Part shown: positions 41,701-55,900 of the stretch, piece after piece | How positions within the stretch are numbered: the first letter of the stretch is position 1 | How the letters are laid out: each line of letters starts with the position of its first letter | From: the human T2T-CHM13v2.0 reference genome, Homo sapiens | Assembly: GCF_009914755.1 (NCBI RefSeq) | Contig: NC_060933.1 | Strand: one strand, 5' to 3' | Length of the DNA stretch: 64,000 bases | Notes under the pieces: generated by a model | What the model saw: the letters and a program-made list of their open reading frames with translations, nothing else | Database searches by the model: none | What the model was told of the DNA's origin: nothing | Program-made: the position numbers and the translations under genes

Positions 41701-44484
41701 TCTTCCGGAATGGAATGGAATGGAATGGAATGGAATGGAGTGGAATGCAATGGATTCAACTCGATTGCAATGGAATGGAATAGAATGGAATGGAAGGGAA
41801 TGGAATGGAATTAAACCGAATAGAATGGAATGGAATGGAATGGAATGGAACGGAACAGAACGGAACGGAACGGAACGGAGTGGAATGGAATGGAATGGAA
41901 TTGTATGGAATGGAATGGAATGGTACGGAATAGAATGGAATGCAAAGAATTGGAATGGAATGGAATGGAATGGAATGGAATGGAATGGAATGGAATGGAA
42001 TCAACCCGAGTGCAGGGGAATGTAATGGAACGGAATGTAATGGAATGGAATCATACGGAATGGAATGGAATGGAATGGAATGGAATGGAATGGAATGGAA
42101 TGGAATCAACCCGAGCGCAATGGAATGGAGTGGAATGGAATGGAATGGAATGGAACAACCCGAATGGAATGGAATGTAATGGAGAGTAAGGGAGTTGAAT
42201 AGAATCAATCCGAATGTAATGGAATGGAACGGAATGGAATGGAATGGAATGGAATGGAATGGAATGGAATGGAATGCAATGGAATGGAATCAACCCGAGT
42301 ACAATGGAACGGAATGGAATGGAATGTAATGTAATGGAATGGAATGGAATGGAACGGAAAGGAAAGGAATGGAATGGAATAGAATGGAATGGAATGGAAT
42401 CAACGCGAGTGCAGGGGAATGGAATGGAATGGAATGCAATGGAATGGAATCTTCCGGAATGGAATGGAATGGAATGGAATGGAATGGAATGGAATCAACC
42501 CGAGTGCAATGGAATGGAGAGGAATGGAATGGAATGGAATGGAACAACCCGAATGGAATGGAATGTAATGGAGAGTAAGGGAGTTGAATAGAATCAATCC
42601 GAATGTAATGGAATGGAATGGAACGGAATGGAATTGAATGGAATGGAATGGAATGCAATGGAATGGAATCAACCCGAGTGCAATGGAATCGAGAGGAATG
42701 GAATGGAATGGAATGGAAACTACCCGAATGGAATGGAATGTAATGGAGTGTAAGGGAATTGAATAGAATCAATCCGAATGTAATGGAATGGAATGGAACG
42801 GAATGGAATGGAATGGAATGGAATGGAATGGAATGCAATGGAATGGAATCAACCCGAGTGCAATCGAATGGAATCGAATGGAATGGAATGCAATGGAATG
42901 GATTCAACTTGAATGGAATGGAAAGAATGGAATCAACACGAGTGGAATGGCATGGCTTGGAATGGAATGGAATGGAATCAACCCGAGTACAGGGGAATTT
43001 AATGGAATGCAATGCAATGGAATGGAATCATCCGTAATGGAATGGAAAGGAATGGAATGGAATGGAATGGAATGCAATGGAATGGAATGGACTCAACTCG
43101 ATTGCAATCGAAAGGAATGGAATGAATTAACCCGAATAGAATGGAATGGAATGGAATGGAACGGAACGGAAAGGAATGGAATGGAATGGAATGGAATGGA
43201 ATGGAACGGAATGGAATGGAATGGAATGGAATGGACTGGAATGGAATGCAATGGAATGGAATCAACCCGAGTGCAATCGAATGGAATCGAATGGAATGGA
43301 ATGCAATGGAATGGATTCAACTTGAATGGAATGGAAAGAATGGAATCAACACGAGTGGAAGGGAATGGATTGGAATGCAATGGAATGGAATCAACCCGAG
43401 TACAGGGGAATGGAATTGAATGGAATGCAATGGAATGGAATCATCCGTAATGGAATGGAAAGGAATGGAATGGAATGGAATGGAATGTAATGGAATAGAA
43501 TGGAATCAACACGATTGCAATCGAATGGAATGGAATGGAATTAACCCGAATAGAATGGAATGGAATGGAATGGAACGGAACGGAATGGAATGGAATGGAA
43601 TGGAATGGAATGGAATGGAACGGAACGGAACGGAACGGAATGGAATGGAATGGAATGGAATGGAATGGAATGGAATCAACGCGAGTGCAGGGGAATGGAA
43701 TGGAATGGAATGCAATGGAATGGAATCTTCCGGAATGGAATGGAATGGAATGGAATGGAATGAAATGCAATGGATTCAACTCGATTGCAATGGAATGTAA
43801 TAGAATGGGATGGAATGGAATGGAATGGAATTAACCCGAATAGAATGGAATGGAATGGAATGGAACGGAATGGAACGGAATGGAATGGAATGGAATGGAA
43901 TGGAATAGAATGGAATGGTAAGTAATGGAATGGAATGGTACGGAATAGAATGGAATGGAACGAATTGTAATGGAATGGAATTGAATGGAATGGAATGGAA
44001 TGGAATGGAATGGAATCAACGCGAGTGCAGGGGAATGTAATGGAACGCAATGTAATGGAATGGAATCATCCGGAATGGAATGGAATGGAATGGAATGGAA
44101 TGGAATGGAATCAACCCGAGGGCAATGGAATGGAGTGGAATGGAATGGAATGGAATGGAACAACCCGAATGGAATGGAATGTAATGGAGAGTAAGGGAGT
44201 TGAATAGAATCAATCCGAATGTAATGGAATGGAATGCAACGGAATGGAATGGAATGGAATGGAATGGAATGCAAAGGAATGGAATCAACCCGAGTGGAAT
44301 GGCATGGAATGGAATGCAGTGGATTGGAATGGAATGGAATCAACTCGAGTGGAAAGGAATGGAATGGAATGGAAAGGAATGGAATGAAGTCAACTCGAGT
44401 GGAATGGAATGGAATAGAATGGATTGGAATGGATTGCAATGGAATGAAATGGAATGGAATGGAATGGAATCAATCATTCCGAGT

Positions 44485-44630
44485 GGAATGGAAGGGAATG
44501 TAATGGAGTGGAAAGAAGGGAATGGAATCAACCCGAGTGGAATGCAAGGCAATGGAATGGAAGGGAATGTAATGGAGTGGAAAGAAGGGAATGGAATCAA
44601 CCCGAGTGCAATGCAAGGCAATGGAATGGA
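44485..44630 (+). repeat. Local 69-bp tandem duplication of a rare purine-rich module
   Basis: GAAGGGAATGTAATGGAGTGGAAAGAAGGGAATGGAATCAACCCGAGTG(G/C)AATGCAAGGCAATGG at 44491 and 44560. Confidence 0.85.
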
Positions 44631-45399
44631 ATGGAAAGGAATGGAATGGAATCAACTCAATTGCAATGGAATGGAATGGAATGGAATGGAATGGAATGGA
44701 ATTAACCGGAATAGAATGGAATGGAATGGAATGGAACGGAATGGAATGAACACGAGTGCAGGGCAATGGAATGGAATGGAATGCAACGGAATGGAATCAT
44801 CCGGAATGGAATGGAATGGAATGGAATCAACTCTATTGCAATGGAATGGAATGGAATGGAATAGAATGGAATGGAATTAACCAGAATAGAATGGATTGCA
44901 ATAGAATGGAATGCAACGGAACCGAATGGAGTGGAATGGAATGGAATGGAATCAACCCGAGTACAGGGGAATGGAATGGAACGGAATGCAATGGAATGGA
45001 GTCATCCGTAATGGAATGGAAAGGAATGGAATGGAATGGAATGGAATGGAATGGAATGGAATCAACTCGATGGCAATCGAATGGAATGGAATGGAATTAA
45101 CCCGAATAGAATGGAATGGAATGGAATGGAAAGGAAAGGAATGGAATGGAATGGAATGGAATGGAATGGAATGGAATGGAATGGAACGGAACGGAACGGA
45201 ACGGAATGGAATGGAATGGAATGGAATGGAATGGAATCAACGCGAGTGCAGGGGAAAGGAATGGAATGGAATGCAATGGAATGGAATCTTCCGGAATGGA
45301 ATGGAATGGAATGGAATGGAATGAAATGCAATGGATTCAACTCGATTGCAATGGAATGGAATAGAATGGAATGGAATGGAATGGAATGGAATGGAATGG

Positions 45400-48300
45400 A
45401 ATTAACCCGAATAGAATGCAATGGAACGGAATGGAAAGGAACGGAATGGAATGGAATGGAATTAACCCGAATAGAATGGAATGGAATGGAATGGAATGGC
45501 ACGGAACAGAATGGAATGGAATGGAATCAACGCGAGTGCAGGGGAATGGAATGGAATGGAATGCAATGGAATGGAATCTTCCGGAATGGAATGGAATGGA
45601 ATGGAATAGAATGGAATGGAATGGAATGGAATGGAATCAACCCGAGTACAGGGGAATGGAATGGAATGTAATGCAGTGGAATGGAATCATCCGTAATGGA
45701 ATGGAAAGGAATGCAATGGAATGGAATGGAATGGAATGGAATGGAATCAACTCGATTGCAATGGAATGGAATGGAATGGAATTAACCCGAATAGAATGGA
45801 ATGGAATGGAACGGAACGGAACGGAACGGAATGGAATGGAATGGAATGGAACGGAACGGAACGGAACGGAATGGAATGGAATGGAATGGAATGGAATCAA
45901 CGCGAGTGCAGGGGAATGGAATGGAATGGAATGCAATGGAATGGAATGGAACGGAATGGAATGGAATGGAATGGAATAGAATGGTATGAAATGGAATGGA
46001 ATGGTATGGAATAGAATGGAATGGAACGAATTGTAATGGAATGGAATTCAATGGAATGGAATGGAATCAACGCGAGTGCAGGGGAATGTAATGGAACGGA
46101 ATGCAATGGAATGGAATCATCCGGAATGGAATGGAATGGAATGGAATGGAATGGAATGGAATGGAATGGAATCAACCCGAGTGCAATGGAATGGAGTGGA
46201 ATGGAATGGAATGGAATGGAACAACCCGAATGGAATGGAATGTAATGGAGAGTAAGGGAGTTGAATAGAATCAATCCGAATGTAATGGAATGGAATGCAA
46301 CGGAATGGAGTGGAATGGAATGGAATCAACCCGAGTGCAGGGGAATGGAATGGAATGGAATGCAATGGAATGGAATCATCCGGAATGGAATGGAATGGAA
46401 TGGAATGCAAAGCAATGGAATCAACTCGATTGCAATGGAATGGAATGGAATGGAAAGGAATACATTGGAATCAACCCGAGTGGAATGGAATGGAAAGGAC
46501 TGGAATGGAGTGGAATGGAATGGAATGGAATGGAATGGAATCAACTCGATTGGAATGGTATGGAATGGAATGGAATGGAATGGAATTAACCCGAATAGAA
46601 TGGAATGGAATGGAATGGAACGGAATGGAATGGAATGGAATGGAATGGAATGGAATGGAATCAACCCGACTGCAGGGGAATGGAATGGAATGGAATGCAA
46701 TGGAATGGATTCAACTTGAATGGAATGGAAAGAATGGAATCAACACGAGTGGAATGGCATGTATTGGAATGGAATGGAATGGAATGGAATCATCCGTAAT
46801 GGAATGGAAAGGAATGGAATGGAATGGAATGGAATGGAATGGAATGGAATGGAATGGAATGGAATCAACTCGATTGCAATCGAATGGAATGGAATGGAAT
46901 TAACCCGAATAGAATGGAATGGAATGGAATGGAACAGAACGGAACGGAACGCAACGGAATGGAATGGAATGGAATGGAATGGAATGGAATGGAACGGAAA
47001 GGAATGGAATGGAATGGAATGGAATGGAATGGAATGGAATGGAATGGAATGGAATCAACGCGAGTGCAGGGGAATGGAATGGAATGGAATGCAATGGAAT
47101 GCAATCTTCCGGAATGGAATGGAATGGAATGGAATGAAAGGCAATGGATTAAACTCGATTGCAATGCAAAGGAATAGAATGGAATGGAATGGAATGGAAT
47201 GGAATGGAATGGAATGGAATGGAATGCCTTCAAACCGAATGGAATGGAAAGGAATGGAATCAACACGAGTGGAAAGGAATGGAATGGAAAGGAATGGAAT
47301 GGAATGGAATGGTACGGAATAGAATGGAATGGAACGAACTGGAATGGAATGGAATGGAATGGAATGGAATGGAATCAACTCGATTGTAATGCAATGGAAT
47401 GGAATGGAATGGAATGGAATGGAATGGAATGGAATGGAATTAACCCGAATACAATGGAATGGAATGGAATGGAACGGAATGGAGTGGAATGGAATGGAAT
47501 CAACCCGAGTGCAGGGGAATGGAATGGAATGGAATGCAATGGAATGGAATCATCCGCAATGGAATGGAATGGAATGGAATGCAAAGCAATGGAATCAACT
47601 CGATTGCAATGGAATGGAATGGAATGGAAAGGAATAGAATGGAATCAACCCGAGTGTAATGGAATGGAAAGGACTGGAATGGAGTGGAATGGAATGGAAT
47701 GGAATGGAATGAAATCAACTCTATTGGAATGGAATGGAATGGAATGGAATGGAATGGAATGGATTGGAATTAACCCGAATAGAATGGAATGGAATGGAAT
47801 GGAACGGAATGGAATGGAATGGAATGGAATGGAATGGAATGGAATGGAATGGAATTAACCCGAATAGAATGGAATGGAATGGAATGGAACGGAACGGAAT
47901 GGAATGGAATGGAATGGAATGGAATGGAGTGGAATCAACCCGACTGCAATGGAATGGAAAGGAATGGAATGGAATGGAATGGAATGGAATGGAATGGAAT
48001 GGAATGGAACGGAATGGAATGGAATGGAATGGAATGGAATGGAATGGAATGGAATCAACCCGAGTGCAGGGGAATGGAATGGAATGGAAAGCAATGGAAT
48101 GGAATCATCCGGAATGGAATGGAATGGAATGCAATGCAATCAACCTGATGCAATGGAATGGAGTGGAATGGAATGGAATGGAATGGAAACATCCCGAATA
48201 GAATGCAATGGAACGGAATGGAAAGGAATGGAATGGAATGGAATGGAATGGTATGGAATGGAATGGAATGGTACGGAATAGAATGGAATGGAACGAATTG

Positions 48301-50200
48301 TAATGGAATGGAATTGAATGGAATGGAATGGAATCAACGCGAGTGCAGGGGAATGTAATGGAACGGAATGCAATGGAATGGAATCATCCGGAATGGAATG
48401 GAATGGAATGGAATGGAATGGAATGGAATCAACCCGAGTGCAAAGGAATGGAGTGGAATGGAATGGAATGGAATGGAACAACCCGAATGGAATGGAATGT
48501 AATGGAGAGTAAGGGAGTTGAATAGAATCAATCCGAATGTAATGGAATGGAATGGAACGGAATGGAATGGAATGGAATGGAATGGAATGGAATGGAATCA
48601 ACCCGAGTGCAATGGAATGGATTCGAATGGAATGGAATGGAATGGAATGGAATGGATTCAACAAGAATGGAATGGAAAGGAATGGAATCAACCCGAGTGT
48701 AATGGCATGGAATGGAACGGAATGGAATGGGATGGAATGGAATGGTACGGAATAGAAGGGAATGGAATGAAATGGAATGGAATGGAATGTAATGGAATGG
48801 AATGAACCCGTGTGCAATGGAATGGAATGGAATGGAATGGAATGGATTCAACTAGAATGGAATCCACTCGATTGCAATGGAATGGAATGGAATTGAAATG
48901 AATAGAATGGAATCAACCCGAGTGGAATGGAATGGAATGGACTGGAATGGAGTGGAATGGAATGGAATGGAATTAACCCGAATAGAATGAAATGGAACGG
49001 AATGGAATGGAATGTAATGGAATGGAATGGAATGGAATCAACCCGAGTGCAGTGGAATGGAATGGAATGGAATACAATGGAATGGAATCATCCCGAATGG
49101 AATTGAATGGAATGGAATGGAATTGAATGGAATGGAATCAACTCGATTTCAATGGAATGGAATGGAATAGAATGCAACGGAATTAACACGAATAGAATGG
49201 AATGGAATGGAATGGAATGGAACAGAAAGGAATGGAATGGAATGGAATGGAATCAACACAAGTGCAGGGGAATGGAATGGAATGGAATTCAATGGAATGG
49301 AATCATCCGGAATGGAATGGAATGGAATGGAATGGAATGGAATGGAATGGAATCAACCCGAGTGCAATGGAATGGAGAGGAATGGCATGGAATGGAATGG
49401 AAACTACACGAATGGAATGAAATGTAATGGAGTGTAAGGGAATTGAATAGAATGAATCCGAATGGAATGGAATGGAATGGAATGGAAAGGAATGGAATGG
49501 AATGGAATGGAATAGAATGCAATGCCATGGAATCAACCCGAGTTCAATCGAATGGAATCGAATGGAATGGAATGCAATGGAATGGATTCAACTTGAATGG
49601 AATGGAAAGAATGGAATCAACACGAGTGGAATGGCATGGATTGGAATGGAATGGAATAGAATCAACCCGAGTACAGGGGAATGGAATGGAATGGAATGAA
49701 ATGGAATGGAATCACCCGTAATGTAATGGAAAGGAATGGAATGGAATGGAATGGAATGGAATGGAATGGAATGGAATGGAATCAACTCGATTGCAATTGA
49801 ATGGAATGGATTGGAATTAACCCGAATAGAATGGAATGGAATGGAATGGAATGGAATGGAACGGAACGGAATGGAATGGAATGGAATGGAATGGAATGGA
49901 ATGGATCGGAATGGAATGCAATGGAATGGAATGGAATGGAATGGAATGCAATCAACGCGAGTGCAGGGGAATGGAATGGAATGGAATGCAATGGAATGGA
50001 AACTTCTGGAATGGAATGGAATGGAATGGAATAGAATGGAATGGAATGGAATGGAATGGAATCAACCCGAGTACAAGGGAATGGAATGGAATGTAATGCA
50101 ATGGAATGGAATCATCCGTAATGGAATGGAAAGGAATGGAATGGAATGGAATGGAATGGAATCAACTCGATTGCAATCGAATGGAATGGAATAGAACGGA
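45400..50200 (+). repeat. Dispersed, more diverged copy of the ~5.2-5.6 kb unit found at 53-64 kb
   Basis: Same ordered private markers: ATGGCACGGAACAGA (~45496, 53956, 59191), ATGGCATGTATTGG (~46754, 55384, 60664), CAACCTGATGC (48141, 56236, 62091), AACCCGTGTGC (~48805, 56606, 62466), GCCATGG (49524, 57340, 62940). Confidence 0.8.
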
Positions 50201-52979
50201 ATGGAACGGAATGGAATGGAATGGAATAGAATGGAATAGTATGGAATGGAATGGAATGGTACGGAATAGAATGGAATGGAACGATTTGTAATGGAATGGA
50301 ATTGAATGGAATGGAATGGAATGGAATGGAATCAACGCGAGTGCCGGGGAATGTAATGGAACGGAATGCAATGGAATGGAATCATCCGGAATGGAATGGA
50401 ATGGAATGGAATGGAATCAACCCGAGTGCAATGGAATGGAGTGGAATGGAATGGAATGGAATGGAAAAACCCGAATGGAATGGAATGGAATGGAGAGTAA
50501 GGGAGTTGAATAGAATCAATCCGAATGTAATGGAATGGAATGGAACGGAATGGAATTGAATGGAATGGAATGGAATGCAATGGAATGGAATCAACCCGAG
50601 TGCAATGGAATGGAGAGGAATGGAATGGAATGGAATGGAAACTACCCAAATGGAATGGAATGTAATGGAGTGTAAGGGAATTGAATAGAATCAATCCGAA
50701 TGTAATGGAATGGAATGGAACGGAATGGAATGGAATGGAATGGAATGGAATGGAAAGGAATGGAATGCAATGGAATGGAATCAACACGAGTGCAATCGAA
50801 TGGAATCGAATGGAATGGAATGCAATGGAATGGATTCAACTTGAATGGAATGGAAAGAATGGAATCAACACGACTGGAAGGGCATGGATTGGAATGCAAT
50901 GGAATGGAATCAACCCGAGTACAGGGGAATGGAATGGAATGGAATGTAATGAAAAGGAATCATCCGTAATGGAATGGAAAGGAATGGAATGGAAAGGAAT
51001 GGAATGGAATGGAATGGAATGGAATCAACACGATTGCAATCGAATGGAATGGAATGGAATTAACCCGAATAGAATGGAATGGAATGGAATGGAACGGAAC
51101 GGAATGGAATGGAATGGAATGGAATGGAATGGAACGGAACGGAATGGAATGGAATGGAATGGAATGGAATGGAATCAACGCGAGTGCAGGGGAATGGAAT
51201 GGAATGGAATGGAATGGAATGGAATCAACACGATTGCAATCGAATGGAATGGAATGGAATTAACCCGAATAGAATGCAATGGAACGGAATGGAATGGAAT
51301 GGAATGGAATGGTATGGAATGGAATGGAATGGTACGGAATAGAATGGAATGGAACGAATTGTAATGGAATGGAATTGAATGGAATGGAATGGAATCAACG
51401 CAAGTGCAGGGGAATGTAATGGAACGGAATGCAATGGAATGGAATCATCCGGAATGGAATGGAATGGAATGGAATGGAATGGAATGGAATCAACCCGAGT
51501 GCAATGGAATGGAGTGGAATGGAATGGAATGGAATGGAACAACCCGAATGGAATGGAATGTAATGGAGAGTAAGCGAGTTTAATAGAATCAATCCGAATG
51601 TAATGGAATGGAATGCAACGGAATGGAATGGAATGGAATGGAATGGAATGCAATGGAATGGAATCAACCCGAGTACAATGGAATGGAATGGAATGGAATG
51701 GAATGGAAAGGAATGGAATCATCCGGAATGGAATGGAATGGAATGGAATGGAATGGAATCAACTCGATTTCAATGGAATGGAATGGAATAGAATGGAATG
51801 GAATTAAGACGAAAGAATGGAATGGAATGGAATGGAATGGAAAAGAAAGGAATGTAATGGAATGGAATGGAATCAACCCAAGTGCAGGGGAATGGAATGC
51901 AATGGAATTCAATGGAATGGAATCATCCGGAATGGAATGGAATGGAATGGAATGGAATGGAATGGAATGGAATGGAATGGAATCAGCCCGAGTGCAATGG
52001 AATGGAGAGGAATGGAATGGAATGGAATGGAAACTACACGAATGGAATGGAATGTAATGGAGTGTAAGGGAGTTGAATAGAATGAATCCGAATGGAATGG
52101 AATGGAATGGAATGGAATGCAAAGAAATGGAATCAACTCGATTGCAATGGAATGGAACGGAATGGAAAGGAATACATTGGAATCAACCCGAGTGGAATGG
52201 AGTGGAAAGGACTGCAATGCAGTGGAATGGAATGGAATGGAATGGAATGGAATCAACTCTATTGGAATGGAATGGAATGGAATGGAATGGAATGGAATGG
52301 AATGGAATTAACCCGAATAGAATGGAAAGGAATGGAATGGAACGGAACGGAACGGAACGGAATGGAATGGAATGGAATGGAATGGAATGGAATGGAATGG
52401 AATCAACCCGAGTGCAATGGAATGGAGAGGAATGGAATGGAATGGAATGGAAACTACCTGAATGGAATGGAATGTAATGGAGTGTAAGGGAATTGAATAG
52501 AATCAATCCGAATGTAATGGAATAGTATGGAATGGAATGGAATGGAATGGAATGGAATGGAATTAACCCGAATAGAATGGAAAGGAATGGAATGGAACGG
52601 AACGGAACGGAACGGAATGGAATGGAATGGAATGGAATGGAATGGAATGGAATGGAATCAACCCGACTGCAGGGGAATGGAATGGAATGGAATGGAATGG
52701 AATGGAATGGAATCAACTCGATGGCAATCGAATGGAATGGAATGGAATTAACCCGAATAGAATGGAATGGAATGGAATGGAACGGAACCGAATGGAATGG
52801 AATGGAATGAAATGGAAGCAACGCGAGTGCAGGGGAATGGAATGGAATGGAATGTAATGGAATGGAATCTTCCGGAATGGAATGGAATGGAATGGAATGG
52901 AATGAAAGGCAATGGATTAAACTCGATTGCAATGGAATGTAATAGAATGGAATGGAATGGAATGGAATGGAATGGAATG

Positions 52980-55900
52980 GAATGGAATTGAATAAACCCG
53001 AGTGCAATGGAATGGAGTGGAATGGAATGGAATGGAATGGAATGAAATGGAATGGAATGTAATGGAGAGTAAGGGAGTTGAATAGAATCAATCCAAATGT
53101 AATGGAATGGATTGGAACGGAATGGAATTGAATGGAATGGAATGGAATGCAATGGAATGGAATCAACCCGAGTGCAATGGAATGGAGAGGAATGGAATGG
53201 AATGGAATGGAAACTACCCGAATGGAATGGAATGTAATGGAGTGTAAGGGAATTGAATAGAATCAATCCGAATGTAATGGAATGGAATGGAACGGAATGG
53301 AATGGAATGAAATGGAATAGAATGGAAAGGAATGGAATGCAATGGAATGGAATCAACCCGAGTGCAATCGAGTGGAATCGAATGGAATGGAATGCAATGG
53401 AATGGATTCAACTTGAATGGAATGGAAAGAATGGAATCAACACGAGTGGAAGGGCATGGATTAGAATGCAATGGAATGGAATCAACCCGAGTACAGGGGA
53501 ATGGAATGGAATGGAATGCAATGAAATGGAATCATCCGTAATGGAATGGAAAGGAATGGAATGGAATGGAATGGAATGGAATGGAATGGAATGGAATCAA
53601 CACGATTGCAATCGAATGGAATGGAATGGAATTAACCCGAATAGAATGGAATGGAATGGAATGGAAAGGAACGGAATGGAATGGAATGGAATGGAATGGA
53701 ATGGAACGGAACGGAACGGAATGGAATGGAATGGAATGGAATGGAATGGAATGGAATGGAATCAACGCGAGTGCAGGGGAATGGAATGGAATGGAATGCA
53801 ATGGAATGGAATCTTCCGGAATGGAATGGAATGGAATGGAATGGAATGGAATGGAATGGAATTAACCCGAATAGAATGCAATGGAACGGAATGGAAAGGA
53901 ATGGAATGGAATGGAATGGAATTAACCCGAATAGAATGGAATGGAATGGAATGGAATGGCACGGAACAGAATGGAATGGAATGGAACGGAATGGAACGGA
54001 TCGGAATGGAATGGAATGGAATGGAATGGAATCAACGCGAGTGCAGGGGAATGGAATGGAATGGAATGCAATGGAATGGAATCTTCCGGAATGGAATGGA
54101 ATGGAATGGAATAGAATGGAATGGAATGGAATGGAATGGAATCAACCCGAGTACAGGGGAATGGAATGGAATGTAATGCAGTGGAATGGAATGATCCGTA
54201 ATGGAATGGAAAGGAATGGAATGGAATGGAATGGAATGGAATGGAATCAACTCGATTGCAACGGAATGGAATGGAATGGAATTAACCCGAATAGAATGGA
54301 ATGGAATGGAACGGAACGGAACGGAACGGAATGGAATGGAATGGAATGCAACGGAACGGAACGGAACGGAATGGAATGGAATGGAATGGAATGGAATCAA
54401 CGCGAGTGCAGGGGAATGGAATGGAATGGAATGCAATGGAATGGAATCTTCCGGAATCGAATGGAATGGAATGGAATAGAATGAAATGCAATGGATTCAA
54501 CTCGATTGCAATGGAATGGAATAGAATGGAATGGAATGGAATGGAATGGAATTAACCCGAATAGAATGGAATGGAATGCAATGGAACGGAATGGAACGGA
54601 ATGGAATGGAATGGAATGGAATGGAATGGTATGGAATGGAATGGAATGGTACGGAATAGAATGGAATGGAACGAATTGTAATGGAATGGAATTCAATGGA
54701 ATGGAATGGAATCAACGCGAGTGCAGGGGAATGTAATGGAATGGAATGCAATGGAATGGAATCATCCGGAATGGAATGGAATGGAATGGAATGGAATGGA
54801 ATGGAATCAACCCGAGTGCAATGGAATGGAGTGGAATGGAATGGAATGGAATGGAACAACCCGAATGGAATGGAATGTAATGGAGAGTAAGGGAGTTGAA
54901 TAGAATCAATCCGAATGTAATGGAATGGAATGCAACGGAATGGAGAGGAATGGAATGGAATCAACCCGAGTGCAGGGGAATGGAATGGAATGGAATGCAA
55001 TGGAATGGAATCATCCGGAATGGAATGGAATGGAATGGAATGCAAAGCAATGGAATCAACTCGATTGCAATGGAATGGAATGGAATGGAAAGGAATACAT
55101 TGGAATCAACCCGAGTGGAATGGAATGGAAAGGACTGGAATGGAATGGAATGGAATGGAATGGAATGGAATGGAATCAACTCGATTGGAATGGTATGGAA
55201 TGGAATGGATTGGAATGGAATTAACCCGAATAGAATGGAATGGAATGGAATGGAACGGAATGGAATGGAATGGAATGGAATGGAATGGAATCAACCCGAC
55301 TGCAGGGGAATGGAACGGAATGGAATGCAATGGAATGGATTCAACTTGAATGGAATGGAAAGAATGGAATCAACACGAGTGGAATGGCATGTATTGGAAT
55401 GGAATGGAATGGAATGGAATGGAATCATCCGTAATGGAATGGAAAGGAATGGAATGGAATGGAATGGAATGGAATGGAATGGAATGGAATGGAATGGAAT
55501 CAACTCGATTGCAATCGAATGGAATGGAATGGAATTAACCCGAATAGAATGGAATGGAATGGAATGGAACGGAACGGAACGGAACGGAACGGAATGGAAT
55601 GGAATGGAATGGAATGGAATGGAATGGAATCAACGCGAGTGCAGGGGAATGGAATGGAATGGAATGCAAAGCAATGGAATCAACTCGATTGCAATGGAAT
55701 GGAATGGAATGGAAAGGAATATAATGGAATCAACCCGAGTGTAATGGAATGGAAAGGACTGGAATGGAGTGGAATGGAATGGAATGGAATGGAATGGAAT
55801 GGAATGGAATGGAATGGAATGAAATCAACTCTATTGGAATGGAATGGAATGGAATGGAATGGAATGGAATTAACCCGAATAGAATGGAATGGAATGGAAT